Assembly (NCBI GenBank): GCA_031383985.1
Contig: JANNAE010000009.1
Span: 76,051 to 140,050 of the forward strand
DNA length: 64,000 bases
Direction of reading: 5' to 3'
From: Novosphingobium sp.
Lineage (GTDB): Bacteria; Pseudomonadota; Alphaproteobacteria; Sphingomonadales; Sphingomonadaceae
Both the position numbers and the translations under genes were made by a program. This document shows, piece after piece, positions 1-9,572 of this stretch (position 1 is the first letter of the stretch; each line of letters begins with the position of its first letter). The notes under the pieces were generated by a model. The model searched no databases. It was given only the letters and a program-made list of their open reading frames with translations, and had not been told where the DNA came from.

Positions 1-969
1 CCCGAGATGGTCAATCCGGACAGCGAGCTTTACCGCGCTCATCCCGACTGGGCGCTTAACCTGCCGCAGCGCGAGCAGCCGACCGCGCGCAACCAGCTGG
101 TGCTCGACCTGTCGCGCGGCGAAGTGCGGGATTATCTGTTCGAGGTGCTGGATGCGCTGCTGACTGAATTGCCGCTCGCTTACCTCAAATGGGATCATAA
201 CCGCGATCTCGCTCCCGCCGGGGGCCGCGCGCAGGTGCTGGGTACCTATGCATTGCTGGAGCGGTTGCGCAGCGCTCATCCTGATGTCGAGATCGAAAGC
301 TGCGCCGGCGGCGGCGGGCGTAGCGATGCCGGGATTGCAGCTTACACTCACCGGTTCTGGACCAGTGACAATCTCGACGCGGTGAGCCGGGCGGACATCC
401 AGCGCGGCTTTCTGGCTTTCCTGCCGCCCGAATTGATGGGCGCGCATATCGGGGCGAGCCCGGCCCATGCCACGGGCCGCGCCCAGGCATTGGCGTTTCG
501 CGCGGCGGTTGCCATGCCCGGACATTTCGGCGTCGAGCTCGATCCGCGCGCCCTAGGCGAAAATGAGCGGGCGGAGCTGGCTGACTGGATCGGCTTTTAC
601 AAGGACTGGCGCAACCTGCTGCACGGCGGGCGGGTCTGGCTGGGCCAGGGCGCGGACGGATTGCTGTGGCAGGCGCAGGGCCGGGAGGACGAGCTCCTGC
701 TGTTCGCCATCCGCACCGCGCCTGCGCTCGATCGCCGCGCCCAGCCGTTACAGCTACCCTTCCTTGCAGGGACCGGAAACTGCACAGTGAAGCTGCTCCG
801 GATCGCCGGTGGTGGTGACGGGCATACTGCACACAGCGCCCCTTTGTTCGGCGCCATGCGCGAAGCTCCAGTGGCTTTCACCGGTAGCTGGCTCGCTCAT
901 GCCGGCTTGCCATTGCCGCCGCTCAAAGCCGAAAGCGTTGCCATCTTCCACCTCAAGGTGACAAAATGA
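1..969 (+). CDS. alpha-galactosidase, GH36 family, C-terminal part (5' end lies outside the window)
   Basis: The reading frame is open from base 1. GH36 hallmarks are present: LKWDHNRDL (nucleophile region), ESCAGGGGR and FWTSDN (acid/base region). The stop overlaps the galT start as ATGA. Confidence 0.85.
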   Translation, partial: PEMVNPDSELYRAHPDWALNLPQREQPTARNQLVLDLSRGEVRDYLFEVLDALLTELPLAYLKWDHNRDLAPAGGRAQVLGTYALLERLRSAHPDVEIESCAGGGGRSDAGIAAYTHRFWTSDNLDAVSRADIQRGFLAFLPPELMGAHIGASPAHATGRAQALAFRAAVAMPGHFGVELDPRALGENERAELADWIGFYKDWRNLLHGGRVWLGQGADGLLWQAQGREDELLLFAIRTAPALDRRAQPLQLPFLAGTGNCTVKLLRIAGGGDGHTAHSAPLFGAMREAPVAFTGSWLAHAGLPLPPLKAESVAIFHLKVTK

Positions 970-1997
970 GCACTATTTCTCCTTGGATCGACCTCCCCCA
1001 CCGCCGCCGCAATCTGTTGACCGGAGAATGGCTGCTGGTCTCGCCGCACCGTGCCAAGCGGCCGTGGCAGGGCGAAGCTGCACCACCGCCTGTGCCGCAT
1101 CCGCCGTCGCATGATCCGGCTTGCCACCTGTGCCCCGGCAACACGCGAGCGACGGGTGAGACGAACCCGGACTATGCCGACACTTTCGTCTTCCCGAACG
1201 ACTTCGCAGCGCTGATGGCCGAGAGCTTCGAGGGAGATACATCGGACAGTATCTTCGAGATCCAGCCTGCCGCTGGTGAGGCGCGGGTGATCTGCTTCGC
1301 GCCCGATCATGGCACCACGCTTGCCCGGCTTGACCAGCCCGCGCTGTCCCGGGTGATCGAACGCTGGTGCGATCTTTCGGCGGAACTGGGCGCGCGCTGG
1401 GCGCATGTCCAATTGTTCGAGAACAAGGGGGCCATGATGGGCGCCTCATCGCCTCACCCCCACGGGCAGGTCTGGGCGAGCGATTTCATTCCCGAATTGG
1501 TGAGCAAGGAAGACGCCCGCCAGCGTGCGTGGCTCACAGCCCGCAAGTCGGTATTGCTTGACGCTGTTGCAGAGGCCGAAATCGCCGCTGGCGAACGGGT
1601 GGTCGAAAGCAACGATCACTGGCTGGCGGTGGTGCCGCACTGGGCGGCTTGGCCGTTCGAAGTGTTGCTGATGGCGCGCGGGGCGGTGGCGCGGCTCGAA
1701 GATCTTGACACCGAAGCGCGCCGCGCGCTCGCCGCGATCCTCTCACGCTTGCTACAACGCTATGACGGGCTGTTTGAGACGGACTTTCCCTATTCGATGG
1801 GCTGGCACGGCGCGCCGCATGGGCTGGGCGATGATACTGCGCATTGGCGGCTCCATGCCCATTTCTTTCCGCCGCTGCTGCGCTCTGCAACCGTGCGCAA
1901 GCATATGGTCGGTTTTGAGCTACTCGGCGAAGCGCAGCGCGATCTCACGCCCGAAGTCGCAGCGCAGCGCTTGCGCGAAGTAGCCGTTAAATCATGA
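966..1997 (+). CDS. galT: galactose-1-phosphate uridylyltransferase
   Basis: RRNLLTGEWLLVSPHRAKRPWQG, a CHLCPGN zinc motif and the HPHGQ active-site His-Pro-His. ATGA overlaps occur at both ends. Confidence 0.92.
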   Translation: MSTISPWIDLPHRRRNLLTGEWLLVSPHRAKRPWQGEAAPPPVPHPPSHDPACHLCPGNTRATGETNPDYADTFVFPNDFAALMAESFEGDTSDSIFEIQPAAGEARVICFAPDHGTTLARLDQPALSRVIERWCDLSAELGARWAHVQLFENKGAMMGASSPHPHGQVWASDFIPELVSKEDARQRAWLTARKSVLLDAVAEAEIAAGERVVESNDHWLAVVPHWAAWPFEVLLMARGAVARLEDLDTEARRALAAILSRLLQRYDGLFETDFPYSMGWHGAPHGLGDDTAHWRLHAHFFPPLLRSATVRKHMVGFELLGEAQRDLTPEVAAQRLREVAVKS

Positions 1998-3142
1998 GCG
2001 CGCTGGAGCAAGCCCGCGCCGGGTTCGTTGCGCATTTCGGGCACGAGCCCGATGGCATTGCCTTTGCGCCCGGCCGGGTGAACCTGATCGGCGAGCATGT
2101 CGATTACAACGACGGGCTGGTGCTGCCGATGCCGATCTCGGCCGGCACCGCCGCCGCCTGGAGCGCCATGCCGACCGAGCGGATCGATGCGGTCGCACTC
2201 GATCTGGATGGCGCGACTGACAGCTTTGTCCCCGGACAAGTCAGCCCCCACTCGCCCGCAGACTGGCGTAGCTATCTGCGGGGGACGGCGGCAGGTCTTG
2301 CCCAGCGGGGCCTCTCGTCTGGCGGAGCTAAACTGGCGATCTCCGGAACAATTCCGCGCGGGGCCGGCCTCTCGTCCTCGGCTTCGCTATGCGTGGCGAT
2401 TGCCCGCGCGCTGGCTGCAGCAGGCGGGATGAGCGAACCCGATCCGCGCGCGCTGGCCTTTGCCGCGCAATCCGCCGAGCATGATTGGGCCAGGGTCAAT
2501 TGCGGGATCATGGACCAGATGGCGGTTGCCGCTGGCCAGATGGGAAGTGCCCTGATGCTTGATTGCCGCAGCCTTGCGACCCGCCTGGTATCCTTGCCTC
2601 CGGACTGGGCGGTCATGATCGTCCAGTCTGGGGTGAAGCGCGGATTGGTCGATGGGCATTACAACCAGCGTCGCCGCGATTGCGAAACTGCCGCTGCGGC
2701 GCTCGGCGTGGCAAGCCTGCGCGATGCCACCCTCGCCAATTTGCCAGGCGCAAAGATCGATCCCAGGCTGCGCAGGCGTGCCCGGCATGTGGTCAGCGAG
2801 ATCGCGCGAACCGCTGCCATGGTGGACGCCATCGCGGCGGGCGAGATCGCCGCTGTCGGCCGGCTGCTTGCGGAAAGCCACGCCTCGCTGCGCGATGATT
2901 TCGAAGTCAGCGTGCCCGCGGTCGATGCACTGGTGGACCAGTTGGCTGCCGCGATCGGCCCCGATGGCGGCGCGCGGATGACGGGCGGCGGCTTTGGCGG
3001 CGCGGTGGTCGCCATCTTGCAATGCGACGCCGTCCCGCAAGTCTATGCAGCGATCCAGAAAACATACCGGACGCCCGATGGAACGGTGCCGGAGATCATG
3101 ATCGAAGTATTTAATGGCTCAGCCATCAGGGAAAAAGAATGA
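1994..3142 (+). CDS. galK: galactokinase
   Basis: GRVNLIGEHVDYNDGLVLPM galactokinase signature and the GHMP kinase motif PRGAGLSSSASL. Confidence 0.93.
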   Translation: MSALEQARAGFVAHFGHEPDGIAFAPGRVNLIGEHVDYNDGLVLPMPISAGTAAAWSAMPTERIDAVALDLDGATDSFVPGQVSPHSPADWRSYLRGTAAGLAQRGLSSGGAKLAISGTIPRGAGLSSSASLCVAIARALAAAGGMSEPDPRALAFAAQSAEHDWARVNCGIMDQMAVAAGQMGSALMLDCRSLATRLVSLPPDWAVMIVQSGVKRGLVDGHYNQRRRDCETAAAALGVASLRDATLANLPGAKIDPRLRRRARHVVSEIARTAAMVDAIAAGEIAAVGRLLAESHASLRDDFEVSVPAVDALVDQLAAAIGPDGGARMTGGGFGGAVVAILQCDAVPQVYAAIQKTYRTPDGTVPEIMIEVFNGSAIREKE

Positions 3143-4278
3143 CGAGCAATTCTTCTCAAGCCGAGTCCGGAGAACAGTGGTCGCCGGCCGGTGTGTCGCG
3201 GTGGCGGCCGCAATCGATTGTGGGTGCGGAAATCGCGCTGATCGAAGAGGCGGGAGCGGCGCCGATCCTGCAGGATATCGATCTGTGGGACAATTGGCAG
3301 CTCACGCATGAGGATGGCCGCCTTGCCGTGCTGGACGGCCGCCAATACTGGTTTTTCCTCAGCGCGCCCCGGTTCGCCGATCCGGGTCAGCGACACGACG
3401 CCGCACGTATCCGGCTGGCTTCGCTGGGGGCAGATGGTTGGCGTGATCACGGCCCGGTGCTGTCCGACGGGCAAAACCCCGGGAGCCGCGAATGGGCAGG
3501 ATCGGCGGTGCTGCATGACGACGGGGTGAGTGTTACACTGTTCTACACCGCCGCGGGTCGGCGCGGCGTAGCCCAATCCTTCGAGCAGAGGATATTTGCC
3601 GTCGACGGCACGCTGGAGGCTGATGGTCTGGCCAAGTGGCAAAGCCCGCGCGAAATTATCACCGCCGACGGCATCCGTTATGTCGTCGCCCGCGAGGCTG
3701 ACGGCAGGCCCGGGATGATCAAGGCGTTCCGCGATCCAGCCTGGTTCCGCGATCCTGCAACTGGCAATTGCCACGTTCTGTTCACGGGCAGCGCTGGCTG
3801 GTCGGATGATGACTACAATGGCGTGGTCGGCCTTGCGACGCTGGTCGGCGAGGAATGGCACCTCGAAGATCCGTTGATCGAGGCGGTTGGCGTCAATAAC
3901 GAGCTTGAGCGTCCGCATGTGGTGTTAAAGAACGGGCTCTATTACCTGTTCTGGTCAACCCAGCGCCGGACCTTTTCGCCGGACTCCGCGGCGGGACCGA
4001 ACGGGCTCTATGCGATGGTCGCCAAACAGCTTTCCGGCCCCTGGCAGCCGGTGAACGGCGATGGGCTGGTCGCGGGCAACCCCGCCAGCGAACCGACCCA
4101 GGGTTACAGCTGGTGGGTGACCGGCGAGGGCGAAGTGTGGAGTTTTGTCGACCATTGGGGAATGCAGGGTCGCAGCTTTGAGGATCATCCAGCCCTGTTG
4201 CGCCAGCAATTCGGGGGCACCCCCGGCCCGGTGTTTCGCCTTGCCTTCGACGGCGGGCGCGTGACCATCGCTGCCTGA
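3139..4278 (+). CDS. glycoside hydrolase family 68 protein (levansucrase / beta-fructofuranosidase-like), no signal peptide
   Basis: GH68 triad motifs LWDNWQL, REWAGSAV, FRDP (present twice, FRDPAWFRDP) and NELERPHV. The start overlaps the galK stop as ATGA. The N-terminus is hydrophilic. Confidence 0.8.
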   Translation: MTSNSSQAESGEQWSPAGVSRWRPQSIVGAEIALIEEAGAAPILQDIDLWDNWQLTHEDGRLAVLDGRQYWFFLSAPRFADPGQRHDAARIRLASLGADGWRDHGPVLSDGQNPGSREWAGSAVLHDDGVSVTLFYTAAGRRGVAQSFEQRIFAVDGTLEADGLAKWQSPREIITADGIRYVVAREADGRPGMIKAFRDPAWFRDPATGNCHVLFTGSAGWSDDDYNGVVGLATLVGEEWHLEDPLIEAVGVNNELERPHVVLKNGLYYLFWSTQRRTFSPDSAAGPNGLYAMVAKQLSGPWQPVNGDGLVAGNPASEPTQGYSWWVTGEGEVWSFVDHWGMQGRSFEDHPALLRQQFGGTPGPVFRLAFDGGRVTIAA

Positions 4279-4305
4279 TCCCTACTGACCTGAGCGGATT
4301 TTTTC

Positions 4306-5613
4306 ATGCGCCCGTCCTATCACTATGCGCCCGCCGCCAATTGGCTGAGCGATCCCAACGGCCTGGTCCATTTTTCCGGCGAATGGCATCTCTTCTACCA
4401 ATACAACCCGCAAGGCGAGGATTGGGGGCACATGAGCTGGGGCCATGCGGTGAGCCGCGACCTGGCCCATTGGGATGAACTTCCACCCGCGTTGCTCGAA
4501 GACGAGCAGCACCTGATCTTCTCGGGCTCGGCGGTGGTCGATCACCAGGGCACGGCTGGATTGGGCCATGACGCAATGGTCGCACTCTACACCGGTGCGG
4601 CGCTGGGCGCGGCTGCGCACCAGTCGCAATGCCTGGCCTGGAGCAACGATCTCGGGCGGAGTTGGCAGAAACTGGCCGAAAACCCCGTGCTCGACATCGG
4701 TATGGCCGATTTCCGCGATCCCAATGTCTTCTGGCACGCGCCAAGTGGACAGTGGATCATGGTCGTGGTTCTTTCGGCAGAAAACCGTGCACTGATCTAT
4801 GGCTCGCGCGATCTGCTGAGCTGGCACGAGCTTTCCGCGATTACCGGCGCCGGCGCTCCCGGCGACATCTGGGAATGTCCGTTGCTGATCGAACTGCCGG
4901 TCGAAGGCGGCGGCACGCACTGGTTGTTCAAGGTCGACGTTCTGAGCGGTGCTCCGGGTTCGGGCGCGCTTTACCAGACCGGCAGCTTCGATGGCACAAG
5001 CTTCATCCCCGATGCGGAAGGGCAATGGCTGGTCGTAGACGCGGGCAGCGATTTTTATGCCGCGATCGCCTGGCATGAGCCGCGCGACGAGGCGGGTCGT
5101 CCGGTGTGGATCGGTTGGATCGGCAACCATGCCTATCAGGGCAAATTGCCGGTTCAGGGCTGGCGCGGCGCGATGAGCGTGCCGCGCCGGATCTCGCTGC
5201 GCTGGGAAGGTGAGCGGCTGCGCCTGGTGCAACAGCTGGAGCCTGCCGCGATCGTCGGCGTGGCGCTGGCCGGGCTTGATCAGACTGAGATCGCGATCGC
5301 TTCGCGTCTTGCTTTGCCCGACGGAGTGTTCGTGCTGCATTTGGCTGATGCCCTCGGGCGAATGCTGACAATCGAGCAAGATGCCACCCTGCTGCGGGTC
5401 ACCCGGCTTGATCCGGCAAGCCCCTTTCTCGATGCGTTTCGCGAAGTGCAGTTGCCAGCCGGGCATGGGCTGGAGCTGTGGCTCGACGCCGGGAGTATCG
5501 AGATCGTCGGAGAAGGCGGCGCTCTGTCGTTGACAATGCAGCACCGGATGGCGGGAGAGCGGCTCTTGCTTGGCTGGAATAAGTGCCAGGCCGGGCAACC
5601 CTGCGCGGCGTGA
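4306..5613 (+). CDS. glycoside hydrolase family 32 (sucrose/fructan beta-fructofuranosidase), cytoplasmic
   Basis: YHYAPAANWLSDPNGLVHFSGEWHLFYQYNP, FRDPNVFW and WECPLL, the GH32 catalytic motifs. No signal peptide. Confidence 0.9.
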   Translation: MRPSYHYAPAANWLSDPNGLVHFSGEWHLFYQYNPQGEDWGHMSWGHAVSRDLAHWDELPPALLEDEQHLIFSGSAVVDHQGTAGLGHDAMVALYTGAALGAAAHQSQCLAWSNDLGRSWQKLAENPVLDIGMADFRDPNVFWHAPSGQWIMVVVLSAENRALIYGSRDLLSWHELSAITGAGAPGDIWECPLLIELPVEGGGTHWLFKVDVLSGAPGSGALYQTGSFDGTSFIPDAEGQWLVVDAGSDFYAAIAWHEPRDEAGRPVWIGWIGNHAYQGKLPVQGWRGAMSVPRRISLRWEGERLRLVQQLEPAAIVGVALAGLDQTEIAIASRLALPDGVFVLHLADALGRMLTIEQDATLLRVTRLDPASPFLDAFREVQLPAGHGLELWLDAGSIEIVGEGGALSLTMQHRMAGERLLLGWNKCQAGQPCAA

Positions 5614-5619
5614 GGCCGG

Positions 5620-6639
5620 TCAGGCGGTATCGCGCTTGATCAGCACCGGCTCCATCTCGACCGGATCGGTGTCATTCCCGGCGATCCGGTCGAACAATGT
5701 GGTCACCATGGCTTGTGCGCCCCGGGCGATATTCTGGCTGATCGTGGTCAGGCGCGGGATGGTTTGTTCGGCAAGCGGCAAATCGTCGAAGCCGACCACG
5801 GAAATATCTCTGGGCACCGCAATATCGTGATCGGCAAGCGCCCGCACTGCTTGCATCGCGATCAGGTCGGAACCCGCTGAAATCCCGTCGAGCGCGCGGA
5901 TTTGGTCCATGTGGCCACCGATTTCTTCGGCCATCGTGTCAGATGCCAGATGGATGTCGAGCTGAAGCGGCGCGGGGAGCCCAGCGGCGGCGGCCGCATC
6001 GCACAGGCCCAGATAACGTTCGTGCAATTCAGGCACGTCGATCTCGCCCAGAAAGGCGAGCCGCTTGCGACCAGCGGCAATCAGACACTCGCCCGCCAGC
6101 CGGCCGCCCTGGCGGTTGTCGACCCCGACGGTGCAATGGATTTGTCCGGCTGTGTGGCTGCCCCAGACAACCATCGGCCGGTAATATTGCGCCACCCGCT
6201 CCAGCGCTTCGAACTGATTGGACTGCCCGATCACCAAAACGCCGTCGAGCATACCTGAATCGACGATCCGCTCGAGCCAGTCGTCCTCGTGAGGAATCAC
6301 GCGGCTCAGCATGATGTCATAACCGCTCTCGGTCAGCGCATCGGCCAGATGTCCCAGGATCGTCATAAAGAACGGGTCCGATAGATGCTGACGCTGTTCG
6401 TGCCCCAATGGCACGACCACGCCGATCACTCTGGTTTCCTGCACCCGCAGACGCCGCGCCATTTGGTTCGGACGGAACCCGTGTGCGCGCGCCAAAGCCT
6501 GGATGCGCTCCCGCGTTTCCTTATTGACCAGCGCCTTATTGGCGAGTGCGCGCGACACTGTGCCCGCCGAAACCCCAGCGAGTCGCGCCAGCTCGGCAAT
6601 GTTGCGGATGCGTCCGGGGGGAGTGGTGTTACTGTTCAT
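5620..6639 (-). CDS. LacI family transcriptional regulator
   Basis: N-terminal HTH IAELARLAGVSAGTVSRALAN followed by a periplasmic-binding-protein-like sugar domain. Divergent from the TonB receptor gene. Confidence 0.9.
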   Translation of the reverse strand: MNSNTTPPGRIRNIAELARLAGVSAGTVSRALANKALVNKETRERIQALARAHGFRPNQMARRLRVQETRVIGVVVPLGHEQRQHLSDPFFMTILGHLADALTESGYDIMLSRVIPHEDDWLERIVDSGMLDGVLVIGQSNQFEALERVAQYYRPMVVWGSHTAGQIHCTVGVDNRQGGRLAGECLIAAGRKRLAFLGEIDVPELHERYLGLCDAAAAAGLPAPLQLDIHLASDTMAEEIGGHMDQIRALDGISAGSDLIAMQAVRALADHDIAVPRDISVVGFDDLPLAEQTIPRLTTISQNIARGAQAMVTTLFDRIAGNDTDPVEMEPVLIKRDTA

Positions 6640-6839
6640 ATCAGGCTGCCCATCCTGGCGCAGTTGCCCCGTGTCGCGCGGGCGAATGCGACTGATGCGT
6701 CGCGGTCACCCGGACTGTCAACCACAGGTCGCTCAAATCGGGCAGTTCGTCGCGGCTCATCTCAATCCTTAGATCACATTAGGTCTAAACGTTTTGACCG
6801 TGGCAGATGTTGCAATGATGCCACGGGAAATATTCATTG

Positions 6840-6874
6840 GCAATCGATTGCAAAAAACAATTGCAATCGATTGT
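6840..6874. promoter_or_regulatory. two LacI-type operator candidates: GCAATCGATTGC (perfect 12-bp palindrome, 6840-6851) and GCAATCGATTGT (6863-6874)
   Basis: Read directly from the sequence in the divergent LacI/TonB-receptor intergenic region. A third near-copy lies at 13772-13783. Confidence 0.55.
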
Positions 6875-6937
6875 TGCGTCTGCCAGTGCAGCCTCGACTT
6901 GCTCGAGGCAAGCGATTCGTTGATTGGGGAGAGGTTC

Positions 6938-9445
6938 ATGAAAAAATCCGTACTGAAGGGCTGCGTGTCGATCGCGTCCATCGTGATGATGAGCGCATTT
7001 GCCGCTCCTGCATTCGCGCAAGATACCGCTCCTGCCGATACTGCCGATACCGATGCCACCGGGCTTGATGCGATCGTCGTCACGGCCTCGGGCAAGAACA
7101 AGTCGCAGCTGAACAGCTCGGTCTCGGTCACCAGCATCAGCGCTGACCTCATCGAAGATTTCAAGCCCAGCTCGGAAGCGGAAGTTTTCCGCATGATCCC
7201 GGGCATTCAGGTTGGCGGTACCGCCGGCCCGGCTGGTAACTCGAATATCGCAGTTCGGGGCCTTCCGGTCGCCACCGGCGGCTCGCCGTTCGTCCAGATC
7301 CAGGAAGATGGCCTGCCCACCGTTCTGTTCGGTGACATCCAGTTCGGCAACAACGATTACTGGACGCACTTCGATGCGTCGGTCGCCAATGTGGAAAGCG
7401 TTCGCGGCGGTTCGTCATCGACCTTCGCGTCGCAGGCTCCCGGCGCAGTCATCAACTACATCAGCCACACCGGCAAGCAGGACGGCGGCTATATCCAGCT
7501 CAACAAGGGTATCAACTACGACGAGAACAAGGTTGATTTCCGCTATGGCGGCCATCTGAATGATAGCCTCAATTTCCACGTCGGCGGTTATTTCAAGAGC
7601 GGCCGCGGCCCGCTGCATTCCGGCTACAACGTCAGCGACAGCTATCAGGTGAAGGCCAACGTCACGAAGGAATTCGATGACGGCAAGGGCTACATCCGCT
7701 TCCTGTTCAAATTTGCTGACACGCAGGAACCGAATTATCCCGGACATCCTGCTCTGGCAACGATCACCAATGGCGAGGTCAGCAATATCCGTCCGTTCCC
7801 GGGCTATGACGGGCGCAGGCAATCGAACATCTCGATCCACAATCAGACGATGCAGATCGTGAACCGCGACGGTGTGCTGGAACGGGTTGCGCTGGACGGC
7901 ATCACGACCAAGGCGAAATCGATCCAGAACCAGTTCCATTATGAGTTCGATGGCGGGATCAAGATCGACAATAACATGCGCTGGACCGATATGAGCGGTG
8001 CGTTCGCGAGCGCGTTCCTGAACGTATCGCGAGCATCGGGCGTAATCGGTTCGGTCGTCAACGGCGGCACGGTTGCTACCCTGCGCTATGCCAATGGCCC
8101 GAGAGCAGGTCAGGTTTACACCGGCACCTACATCAACAACAACGCCAACTTCCGCACCAACATCCGCGATATGGGCAGCTTCACCAACGATCTTGCTGTT
8201 TCGGGCAAGATCGATGCCGGAATGGGCACGCTGACGGCGCGCGCTGGCTGGTTCTTCATGAACCAGAAGATCGCGATCGACTGGCACGTCAACAAGGCTT
8301 TCGCTGAAATCAGCGGCGACAACCCGGCCAATCTCGATCTCTTCACCGCGGCCGGTGCCAAGCTGAGCCAGGATGGTATCGCTGGCTTCAACAACAATTG
8401 GGGTGATTGCTGCGCTCGTGATTACAGCCTGGGCTATGCCAACAATGCTGGCAGTTTGAACCTCGATTTCGATACCGACAATTTCGTGCTCGACGGCAGT
8501 GTCCGCTTTGAAAACGTCAAGGCAAGCGGCTGGACACAGCAGGGCGGCCCTGAATTCAACACCAATGTTGGCGGTGTTGCGATCCCGACCATGCTGGCGA
8601 ATGGCCGCCGTGAAGTGCTGGATTATTCGCGCAACTATGTCTCCTGGTCGGTTGGCGGCCTCTACAAGGTCAGCAACAACACCAGCGTGTTTGCTCGTGC
8701 ATCGAAGGGTGGCCGTTTCAACGGTGACCGTCAGACCGTCGGCGGCAAGATTGCCAGCGACGGTTCGCTGTGCAGCGGCGCGATGGCGCAGGCCGGCACG
8801 CTGGGCTGTTCGGCCGATGGCGTCACGCCGTCGATCGATTTCGTCAAGCAGTACGAGCTTGGCGTGAAGACCCGCGGTGATCTGGCCGGCGGCCGCTTCA
8901 CTGGCGAACTGACGCTGCTCAAGGGCAATTTCAAGCAGAGCACGTTTGAGCTTTCTGCGACGAAGTGCCCCGGCGGTGCTGGTGGCTGCGTGATCGATGC
9001 CAGGTACAAGTCCTATGGTGCCGAACTCTTTGCAACCTACCAGAACAGTGGTCTCTCGCTTGTCGCTAACGCGACCTATTCCAAGGCAACCCGCGCTGGT
9101 TCGGGATCCAGCGTGTTCAGCCGTTCACCCAACCTGCCTGACCTGAGCTACACGGTGTCGGCCAGCTATGACATCGGTGACATGGCCACCTTCGGCATTA
9201 ACACCACCGGCCAGACCGGCACGCTGGGCGATGATGGCAACCGTTATCCGGGCAGCGCCACGATTGGCGCGGTGCTCCGCGTCCGTCCGGTCGAGAACCT
9301 CGAACTTGGCGTGCAGGCCTATAATCTGTTCAACAAGTACGATCTGCGCGGGCCGGGTAATCTGGCTGACGCCAGTGCTGGTGTGATCGGTAGCGGCACA
9401 GCTTTGGGCCGCACCTTCACCGGATCGGTTCGCTATAGCTTCTAG
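6938..9445 (+). CDS. TonB-dependent receptor
   Basis: The internal ATG at 6938 is preceded by GGGGAGAGG and gives a signal peptide MKKSVLKGCVSIASIVMMSAFAAPAFAQ. A plug-domain region (DAIVVTASG) is present and the protein ends with a terminal aromatic residue (RYSF). Confidence 0.9.
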   Translation: MKKSVLKGCVSIASIVMMSAFAAPAFAQDTAPADTADTDATGLDAIVVTASGKNKSQLNSSVSVTSISADLIEDFKPSSEAEVFRMIPGIQVGGTAGPAGNSNIAVRGLPVATGGSPFVQIQEDGLPTVLFGDIQFGNNDYWTHFDASVANVESVRGGSSSTFASQAPGAVINYISHTGKQDGGYIQLNKGINYDENKVDFRYGGHLNDSLNFHVGGYFKSGRGPLHSGYNVSDSYQVKANVTKEFDDGKGYIRFLFKFADTQEPNYPGHPALATITNGEVSNIRPFPGYDGRRQSNISIHNQTMQIVNRDGVLERVALDGITTKAKSIQNQFHYEFDGGIKIDNNMRWTDMSGAFASAFLNVSRASGVIGSVVNGGTVATLRYANGPRAGQVYTGTYINNNANFRTNIRDMGSFTNDLAVSGKIDAGMGTLTARAGWFFMNQKIAIDWHVNKAFAEISGDNPANLDLFTAAGAKLSQDGIAGFNNNWGDCCARDYSLGYANNAGSLNLDFDTDNFVLDGSVRFENVKASGWTQQGGPEFNTNVGGVAIPTMLANGRREVLDYSRNYVSWSVGGLYKVSNNTSVFARASKGGRFNGDRQTVGGKIASDGSLCSGAMAQAGTLGCSADGVTPSIDFVKQYELGVKTRGDLAGGRFTGELTLLKGNFKQSTFELSATKCPGGAGGCVIDARYKSYGAELFATYQNSGLSLVANATYSKATRAGSGSSVFSRSPNLPDLSYTVSASYDIGDMATFGINTTGQTGTLGDDGNRYPGSATIGAVLRVRPVENLELGVQAYNLFNKYDLRGPGNLADASAGVIGSGTALGRTFTGSVRYSF

Positions 9446-9500
9446 GCCCCAACCGGTCGCAAGGGCTGACGGTTCATAAGTCAGCAGTCCAACAGGAAGA

Positions 9501-9527
9501 GGGGGTAACTTCGGTTGCCCCCTTTTT
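9501..9527 (+). terminator. rho-independent terminator candidate after the TonB receptor gene
   Basis: GGGGGTAAC-TTCG-GTTGCCCCC stem-loop followed by TTTTT. Confidence 0.6.
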
Positions 9528-9572
9528 CTGTTGGTGTCAGGATCGGCGCATGCACACCCCCGGATTTCCGCG

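Noticed and set aside
6794-6937. 48-codon N-terminal extension of the TonB receptor ORF
   Set aside because: The extension would cover the operator palindromes and lacks signal-peptide character. The ATG at 6938 has a GGGGAGAGG RBS and gives a canonical signal peptide.
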